From the IMG/VR virus record IMGVR_UViG_3300006620_000007: DNA of 64,000 bases, one strand, 5' to 3'. Positions 57,087-64,000 of this stretch are shown here, one piece after another. Position 1 is the first letter of the stretch; each line of letters begins with the position of its first letter. The notes beneath the pieces were generated by a model. The model made no database searches, was not told where the DNA came from, and saw nothing but the letters and a program-made list of their open reading frames with translations. The position numbers and the translations under genes were made by a program. This stretch comes from a virus (taxonomy: Duplodnaviria > Caudoviricetes).

Positions 57087-60000
57087 TTATTTCCCATGTC
57101 CCATTTCTTGTGGTGTAGTAGGTTCGATGAGATTCTCATCATGGTCAAGTCCGAAGTTTGTACCTGCTACAAACATACTGTGAGCCGCCATATCACCGTC
57201 TATTGATTTTTGGAAGTTCATTTGGGTAGTAACATTGATTTTTCTACTTGCTTCAGAACTAATTGCTCTACCTTGTATTCTAACTTCACCAGCGATAACT
57301 GCGTTAACGTTAACGTTTGTGCCACCGCCGCTAATTCTACTATCTACATATCCTGCAATAGCCCTTTGTGTAGGCACAATTTCGTTACTATTTGCTGTAA
57401 ATGTTGTATCAGTACTAAATTCTCTAATAACAGCATTTGTACCACCAAGTGTAACTCCGCCCAATCGTAATTCACTTAACCCATCTAACTCAAAGTATGA
57501 TGCGTTTAGTGTAACAATACCAGTTGCCTGTTCAACTGTAAACAATTCACCAACCCTAAAGTTACCATCTTGGTCAGTACTTGTGTAGAATACTCTACCA
57601 CCGCCTTTGTTTTCAGTTTCTTGGAATTCTCTTACGTCATAACCTTCAATTGGTGTTAGTAATGGATACTGTGAATTGTATAAGTTACCTTTACCAATTT
57701 CTAAGAAATCATGTCCTGTCAATCTTACCTGTGAATATTTCTGTCTAATTGTTAAAGTAGTTTCATGTTCTGGAGATTCTGCTCTATCAATGCTTGGAGT
57801 AATACCAAGTGTTGCTGTAAGGTTTGGCTCACTTCCTGTAACATTTGAAATAGTTTGTACAGCATAGAACACATCATTAATACCATCAATGTATAAGTTG
57901 TCACCTGGTCCAGGTTCTCTTGTTAAATCTTTAACTACAATGCTTGTACCAATTTGATACATGTCTGCATAACCGTCACCTTGAACTGTAACACCAATGT
58001 TAATGTATCCTGTACCTCTGTTTGTAAATTCAACTTGTCCAACACAACCATCTGCCATTCTAACATCATAGTAAACGTCTCTTGTGTTATCTGGATCAAT
58101 AATTGTCATTGTTGGAGGTGTTGATCCGTAACCTGATCCTGCTTCTTGTATGTAGAACGTAAGTAATTTACCACCACTTGCTCCTAACACAGTTGCTCTT
58201 GTTGTTGCACCTGTTTTTAAAGTTGCTAATGATGAAATAGATCCGTTTGTTGTTGGATAAAATATCGGACCTGTTGATGTTGCACTTGGTATCATACCAT
58301 TAAACGATCCGCCTAATGAAGTTTTACTTGTCCAATAAACACCATCGTCTGATTGAACAACTCCACCACTTGCTGAAATTCCTAAGAACACACCTTGATT
58401 GTATGCAAGGTAAATGTTATCTGAAACTTCTGTGTTATTACCTGCAATCCATACAGTACTTGCAGTCGCTATTGAAGCGTCTGTGAAACTGTGGAAGAAT
58501 TTATTATTTACAGTTGATAAATCGTTTGGTGAATCAAAAGTTGAAGCAACAAATTTACCTGCGCCGAACACAAGGTCACAAACATCATGTTGTACATCAC
58601 CAATGTCTGGTCCAGCAGTCCATGTAACACCATCGTCAACACTTTCCCATGTGTCGCCTGCTTCGTTACAAATTACCCATTTGCCATTTCCATAAGCCAT
58701 AAATTCTGCGTTACTTACACCTGCTGTAACTTCTGTCCAGTTAGCACCATCGTCTGCACTTCTATAAATTTTATCTGTTCCAGGACCAATAGCACATATA
58801 ACATTGTTACCAACTTCTATCTTAGTAAATGTTTGACTGTAACTTAATAAGTTAGTTGCAGAATCGCCCCAACTTGTTCCGTCATTGGATTGTTTAACTC
58901 TACCATTACCGTCAACTGCAACATATTGTGATGCGCCTCTAACAACTCCAATGTAAGTTAAATCTTGATATGAACTTGCTTCAGTAAATGAAGTTCCATC
59001 ATCTGTCCAAACAATGCTATTGTTACCAACAAGAACTGTTCTTTTGTTATTACCAATCTTAGCAGTAGCACTATCAATAGCCGCACTGTTACTTGGAAGT
59101 GTTGCACTGTTCTGTGTGAAACTTGGCGAAGTAAATGTAAGCCTTGGTGTAATCTCATAACGTGTAGTTTCGTCTAATACTGTTGCAATAGGTTCGCCTG
59201 GTAAATGATGTTGCCAACCTGGCAATCCATCTATAGGTCTTGCAACTGTCATTGTTTTATCACCAGCAGTAACACTGTCAATAGTAAATGTAACGTTACT
59301 ACCTGTGCCACCAATCGCCGCCGCTTGTATTGTTATAATATCTGCAACTTGGTTTGCTGTACCTGGATCTGTAATTGCTATTTGTACTAATCCAGTAGCA
59401 TCAACTGAAACTGTTACTGTTGGAGGTGTTGTATCTGCTCTACTACTTGTACCAACTTTACCTGTGTAAGTACCTTCAGTAAGTGCCGCATCTTGACCAC
59501 TTGTTACTGTTGTTGTTAATGCACCACCGTTGTTCCAGTCGTAACTTGTAATATAAGCGTATTGTCCTCTACCTTCACCTTCAATAATTGTAATTAATTT
59601 GTTTAAGTAATATTCCTCATTGTTAACATCTTGGTTAGCAATTTGTATGCTTGTTGCGTTACCACTTTGTGCTCTGTTGTTTGCGTATGTATATCCGTCA
59701 CCACCTGCAAAACTTGAGTCACCTGGATCAGTAACTCTAATTTCTTGTACTGCACCATCTCTAAATTCTGTTAATAAACCTGCCGCGTTAGCACCTGAAC
59801 CAGTAATATCTACTGTACCAGTTGTGTAATGCGTACCTGTTGTAGTATAACCAACTGCAAATAATTTGTTTTCATCGTTGTATACTTTACCTACTGTTGC
59901 TTCTGTTGAGTAGTTGTCTACCTTAGCACTGATAGGTGTTTCGTTGTTGTCAAATCCTAATGCAACTGAACCGTATTCACCATATGAGTTGTTACCATTT

Positions 60001-63000
60001 GTTGCACGTACCTTACCACCGTCAGTACACAAGTAACCAATGTAACAATAATATGTAAACACTGATACAAGTTCTGACAAACCATCTGCGTTACACCAGT
60101 AACCGATACCGTCTTGTATAATTTGTGTAAAGTCGTTAGCAACAATTGATTTGTTACCACCGTTATGTAATGTTCCATCAACTTTCATACCAACACATTT
60201 CGAACCAAACGTTGAACAGTTTTGTACGTATGTTGATTTAGTTGTAACCCAAACAGTTTCGTCGTCTGGTCCTGCACCTGGATCAAGTGCAACAAAAGCG
60301 TTACCTGGAGTTACTCTTCTAATTAAGTTTTCATCTGGATCTGTAAATTCACCTTCAAGTCCTGACATTGTTAAGTTTCTAATACCACAACCGTTTCTAA
60401 CACGGAACATGTCATTGCCTTTAGTTTGAGCAGTTGCTACTACTGATGTTGAACGTAATTCGTCACCTACAATAGCAACATCTTTTGGAACAGTAATCGG
60501 ACAAATTTCTTCGTAACGTCCTGTTTTAACAAGTATTGTTGCTGGTGCTCTTGTACCTTCATCTTCTAAAATATATTGTGTAGCATACTTAATTGTTTTA
60601 AATGGAGATGTTGCTGATAGTCCTCTACCTGCACTGTTACTGTCAACACCGTCTGGAGAAACAAAGTAAACTTTTTGTGTTTGCTCTAATGATTCCCAAT
60701 TTAAATCTGTGTCTGCCTTAACTTTTAGTGCATCACCCGGATTGTTAATTCCTAATCTTGCAGTACTTGTTGAACCATGTGTTCTGATATCACCATAGTA
60801 TTGAAGTACGTTTGTGTTACCGCCTTCAACAACTGTTTGCCAAAAATCTTGTTGTGTATAATCAATATCTAAGTCTGGTCTTGAACCTGATGTACTTGCA
60901 CTGTGTCTCTTAATACAACGATAAAGTGTTCCAACGTATGTTACAATATCACCTAACATATATTCGTTTGTTACTGGAGAAGCATTTACCATTACTGTTT
61001 CTGACCAGTTACCTCTAAACTTATCTCCGTCAATTAATGTTTGCCAGAAGTTATCTGAGTATTGTGTTGTTAGGAAACTTTGATCATACATACCACTATG
61101 TGCGTTACAAACAAGATAGTTTTTCTTGTATGCATCTCTTGGTACAATGTACTGTACATATCTTTCAGTTGCCGCGGCAAATCCTGAAACGTATGCCGCC
61201 AAGTCTGCAACTTGAACACCGTCTAACCACCATGTTTGACCATTGCCAACATAGTTATATTGTCCACCTGTATGATGACCATTTTCGCTTGTACTAATAT
61301 ACAATGCATGTGTAAGATTAGATGAATCGTTTTGATAAAACTTATAAGTGTTACCTTCTTTTAATGTTAATGCACCTACAAGTACGCCATTAACGTAATA
61401 TTTGTTTCCACTTCCTGGATTACCAACTGTAATTGTAACGTTTTCAGTTGACTTTGCATCATCTGGTTCGCTACCTACGTTATCTCTAAGTGCATGATAC
61501 AACCAACCGCCAAATCTTACAATGTCACCTGTTCTGTAAGCGGTAGCGGCATTCCAATCTGTTGCAGTTTCTCTTAAGTCTGGGTTTTGATTATATTGTG
61601 AACCTAATCTGTAACCTTGTACAGTTAATTCCCAGTCGCCTGTGTCTTGAGTAATGCCGTTTGCACTTGGTATACTGTTAGTACTAATTTGTAATGCAGT
61701 ATAAGTGTAACCACCGTAACGTACAATGTCGCCCGGTTGATAAACTTCTGATTCATTCCATTGTGTTTCATATTCATAACCTGGTAACCAGATAGTAAAG
61801 AAACTTTCTGCGAATGTTACATCTGAATTATGTCCTGTAGAACAATACCACATTGTAGGACCAAACCTTACAATGTCACCAACTTTATATTTTTCTCTTT
61901 TAGAAAGTGTTTGGTTACCTGTTCCGCCTTCTGCAAGTCTATTGTTTCTATTTGCAAGAGCATCATCTTTTTCAAAGTATAATTTAATACTATTACCGTC
62001 AACAAGTCTTACATAATAATAAGTGTTGTCAACAAGGTTGTCTGCCGCTGTTCCATCTGATGTATATTGAACTAAATCACCATCTGATAGTCCATGGCTT
62101 GTTGCTGTGATAACGCCGCCTACAACGGATTCAACTGCTATATCTGCTTTACTAACCCAATGTCCTTTATACTCAATACCTGAAAGGAAAATTTCCCATT
62201 TAGTTTGATCTTCTTCAAGACCAAGTCCATCATCGTTAGCACTAAAATGTCCTGTAGTACAACGATAAGTTATACCACCATAGCGTACTAAATCATCTTC
62301 TACATATCTTACTCTTGGTTTCCAAGTATCTTTCCATTGATCTGCTCTTGTAACAATTTCCCATTTTGTAATGTCTGCTTCAAGACCTGCAATAGTAGTT
62401 GAACTTGTATGTTCCTGTGTTGCAATATAAACTCTACCACCGTATTTTACTGTGTCTCCGATTGCATAGTTTACTTGTGGTAACCATTCGTATAACCAAT
62501 TTTGGTCTGCTACCATTAACTTCCAGTTACCAAAGTCGCTTTCACCTAACACACCTTGTTCTTGAATATTAATGTATGCACCTTTGTCTTCACTGTCTAC
62601 AGTTCTGTCAAAGTAATAAATTTTGTCTGGAGCAGTCATAGGAACTGTCCATCTAATTCTTCTGCTTGATGCTGACGCAAATCCACTTAGATAAGATGAA
62701 AGCGGTGCTTCAATACCATCAAGATAATATGTAAATCCTTCTGTGTAATAATCTACTAATGCTGTTTCATGCTTGTCTCCATCTTCATACTTACTAAATG
62801 CAAGTGGATGAGTTTGACTTCCAAACGTTGCGTTAGTTGCATCGTCTTGATTAAATTCGTATGTTGATCCTTTATTAAATGTTAAAATATTTTTTTCAGT
62901 ACCATTTAAATAAATTGTACCTGTAGCAGATTGTCCTCTACCTGTTGGAAAAATACTACCAGAATCGTAATCTATTGTAACTGCAACTTCTGTTGCACTT

Positions 63001-63320
63001 TCTGGCACTGAATATGAGGAAGAAGTATGTCCAATAATTGCCGCATACACTTGTCCGCCATAACGTACAATGTCGTTAACTCTGTAATAATAATTAGGTT
63101 TCCATGCATCAAGCCACTCATAACCGTCTGACATTTGTGTCCATTTAGGTAATGTAGCATTTAAGTAGTCTACGTAAAAGTCCGGATCAGATGTGTGACC
63201 ATTTAAGCAAACAAACGTTTTACCACCATATGATACTATATCGTCTTTAATATATTGTTTGGCCGTTTGCCAAGGACCTGTCCATCTAAAGCGGATTCTA
63301 TCAAGTTTAAATTCAGCCAT
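57087..63320 (-). CDS. Giant tail fibre/spike protein (2077 aa), paralog of 51705-57047
   Basis: Same MAEFKL.RIRF.W start and SQVRLTGHDFL...TSTDQDGNFRVG end; extra cupredoxin-like and Asp-box (S.D.G..W) domains. Confidence 0.75.
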   Translation of the reverse strand: MAEFKLDRIRFRWTGPWQTAKQYIKDDIVSYGGKTFVCLNGHTSDPDFYVDYLNATLPKWTQMSDGYEWLDAWKPNYYYRVNDIVRYGGQVYAAIIGHTSSSYSVPESATEVAVTIDYDSGSIFPTGRGQSATGTIYLNGTEKNILTFNKGSTYEFNQDDATNATFGSQTHPLAFSKYEDGDKHETALVDYYTEGFTYYLDGIEAPLSSYLSGFASASSRRIRWTVPMTAPDKIYYFDRTVDSEDKGAYINIQEQGVLGESDFGNWKLMVADQNWLYEWLPQVNYAIGDTVKYGGRVYIATQEHTSSTTIAGLEADITKWEIVTRADQWKDTWKPRVRYVEDDLVRYGGITYRCTTGHFSANDDGLGLEEDQTKWEIFLSGIEYKGHWVSKADIAVESVVGGVITATSHGLSDGDLVQYTSDGTAADNLVDNTYYYVRLVDGNSIKLYFEKDDALANRNNRLAEGGTGNQTLSKREKYKVGDIVRFGPTMWYCSTGHNSDVTFAESFFTIWLPGYEYETQWNESEVYQPGDIVRYGGYTYTALQISTNSIPSANGITQDTGDWELTVQGYRLGSQYNQNPDLRETATDWNAATAYRTGDIVRFGGWLYHALRDNVGSEPDDAKSTENVTITVGNPGSGNKYYVNGVLVGALTLKEGNTYKFYQNDSSNLTHALYISTSENGHHTGGQYNYVGNGQTWWLDGVQVADLAAYVSGFAAATERYVQYIVPRDAYKKNYLVCNAHSGMYDQSFLTTQYSDNFWQTLIDGDKFRGNWSETVMVNASPVTNEYMLGDIVTYVGTLYRCIKRHSASTSGSRPDLDIDYTQQDFWQTVVEGGNTNVLQYYGDIRTHGSTSTARLGINNPGDALKVKADTDLNWESLEQTQKVYFVSPDGVDSNSAGRGLSATSPFKTIKYATQYILEDEGTRAPATILVKTGRYEEICPITVPKDVAIVGDELRSTSVVATAQTKGNDMFRVRNGCGIRNLTMSGLEGEFTDPDENLIRRVTPGNAFVALDPGAGPDDETVWVTTKSTYVQNCSTFGSKCVGMKVDGTLHNGGNKSIVANDFTQIIQDGIGYWCNADGLSELVSVFTYYCYIGYLCTDGGKVRATNGNNSYGEYGSVALGFDNNETPISAKVDNYSTEATVGKVYNDENKLFAVGYTTTGTHYTTGTVDITGSGANAAGLLTEFRDGAVQEIRVTDPGDSSFAGGDGYTYANNRAQSGNATSIQIANQDVNNEEYYLNKLITIIEGEGRGQYAYITSYDWNNGGALTTTVTSGQDAALTEGTYTGKVGTSSRADTTPPTVTVSVDATGLVQIAITDPGTANQVADIITIQAAAIGGTGSNVTFTIDSVTAGDKTMTVARPIDGLPGWQHHLPGEPIATVLDETTRYEITPRLTFTSPSFTQNSATLPSNSAAIDSATAKIGNNKRTVLVGNNSIVWTDDGTSFTEASSYQDLTYIGVVRGASQYVAVDGNGRVKQSNDGTSWGDSATNLLSYSQTFTKIEVGNNVICAIGPGTDKIYRSADDGANWTEVTAGVSNAEFMAYGNGKWVICNEAGDTWESVDDGVTWTAGPDIGDVQHDVCDLVFGAGKFVASTFDSPNDLSTVNNKFFHSFTDASIATASTVWIAGNNTEVSDNIYLAYNQGVFLGISASGGVVQSDDGVYWTSKTSLGGSFNGMIPSATSTGPIFYPTTNGSISSLATLKTGATTRATVLGASGGKLLTFYIQEAGSGYGSTPPTMTIIDPDNTRDVYYDVRMADGCVGQVEFTNRGTGYINIGVTVQGDGYADMYQIGTSIVVKDLTREPGPGDNLYIDGINDVFYAVQTISNVTGSEPNLTATLGITPSIDRAESPEHETTLTIRQKYSQVRLTGHDFLEIGKGNLYNSQYPLLTPIEGYDVREFQETENKGGGRVFYTSTDQDGNFRVGELFTVEQATGIVTLNASYFELDGLSELRLGGVTLGGTNAVIREFSTDTTFTANSNEIVPTQRAIAGYVDSRISGGGTNVNVNAVIAGEVRIQGRAISSEASRKINVTTQMNFQKSIDGDMAAHSMFVAGTNFGLDHDENLIEPTTPQEMGHGK

Positions 63321-63359
63321 TGTTTCTACTTTCCTGCATGTTCATATTGTATTTAACCA

Positions 63360-63728
63360 TTATGGAGATACCCCATTTGGAAAATCGTAATTCTGATTAA
63401 TTCTAACAATTAAGTTACCCTCTTCATCAACATAATAAATTAGGTTTCTATCGTCCCATCTAAACTGTTCATATCTCAAATTTGGATATGATGTGTTATG
63501 TTCTTCATCTCTACCTTCAAAAAATTCAATTCCTCTTTGAAAATCTGGATAATTTTCTGTTGGATCTCCAGGCTTGTTTAATTGTACACCGTCAGTTGCT
63601 TTCAACTGATCTGATTTAATTAGGTACAAATCTCCTTCGTCTGTTCGACGTAATCCGTAAAAGAATCTACTTCCTTTTACTGTTTTTAGTAGTGTTCCTA
63701 CTTCTGTACCTTGATAAAAACTTGCCAT
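63360..63728 (-). CDS. Hypothetical tail-region protein
   Basis: 122-aa ORF with SD; FFYGLRR...YEQFRWD...YYVD..GNL. Confidence 0.6.
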   Translation of the reverse strand: MASFYQGTEVGTLLKTVKGSRFFYGLRRTDEGDLYLIKSDQLKATDGVQLNKPGDPTENYPDFQRGIEFFEGRDEEHNTSYPNLRYEQFRWDDRNLIYYVDEEGNLIVRINQNYDFPNGVSP

Positions 63729-63737
63729 TATAAATCC

Positions 63738-64000
63738 TTACGAAATGTTAATTGTATTCCCCATGTTGCTGTGTGCAGTACATTGATAATACAATGTGCT
63801 TGGTGCGTCCATTGGTACAGTAAAAGTAATAACACCACTTGATGCACCATTGTTTGCTACGCCACTTGAGTAAGCGCCGCCACCGTTTGAAACTCTAATT
63901 TGTAAAGGATGTCCGCCACCACTATTATTAACAAAGTAATAAGTTTGTCCTTTTTTCAAATATAAAACTGGATCATTAGTTGTGTTTGGAAAACCTGGAC
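63738..64000 (-). CDS. C-terminal cupredoxin-like domain of a virion protein (5' end outside window)
   Basis: Frame open to window edge: NDPVLYLKKGQTYYF...HPLQI...VPMDAPSTLYYQCTAHSNMG. Confidence 0.7.
   Translation of the reverse strand, partial: PGFPNTTNDPVLYLKKGQTYYFVNNSGGGHPLQIRVSNGGGAYSSGVANNGASSGVITFTVPMDAPSTLYYQCTAHSNMGNTINIS

Noticed and set aside
34449-63160. Numerous 60-130 aa ORFs antisense to, or in alternate frames of, the large tail genes
   Set aside because: Shadow ORFs from codon bias of the real genes; no SD or late box and no recognisable motifs.
1-64000. Stop-codon reassignment, tRNAs, CRISPR arrays, introns or inteins
   Set aside because: Core genes are full-length in the standard code and TAG is used as a true stop; intergenic gaps are at most ~120 nt with no cloverleaf or repeat-spacer pattern; terminase and UvsX have normal lengths.

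Overview
A 64-kb, AT-rich and almost fully coding segment of a large T4-superfamily (jumbo-type) myophage, probably aquatic and uncultured. From left to right it holds: (i) a ~10-kb accessory enzyme cluster with 2 radical SAMs, an amidinotransferase, a PLP enzyme, 2OG-Fe(II) oxygenases, methyltransferases and glycosyltransferases; (ii) uvsY, uvsX and gp32; (iii) packaging and morphogenesis genes (terminase large and small subunits, gp4, tube, a ~1080-aa sheath, gp13/gp14/gp15) plus dNMP kinase; (iv) an hldE-hldD-cupin ADP-heptose cassette appended to the neck operon; (v) a tail-fibre region. That region has giant repeat proteins, three Cys/Gly-rich tip-like paralogs with chaperones, and an embedded nitrilase / GT9-like / SGNH / carbamoyltransferase operon. 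The best candidate for an undescribed system is a late-expressed virion decoration pathway: ADP-heptose supply, a heptosyltransferase-like enzyme and carbamoyl/acyl tailoring enzymes beside tail-tip proteins with ~10% Cys, possibly extended by an aminoglycoside-like guanidino-sugar pathway at the left end. A T4-late-like TAAATA box (TAAGTA in one case) sits exactly 5 nt before the ATG of six genes, which points to leaderless late mRNAs. No tRNA, CRISPR array or transposase was seen. All calls come from reading motifs by eye; no searches were run.
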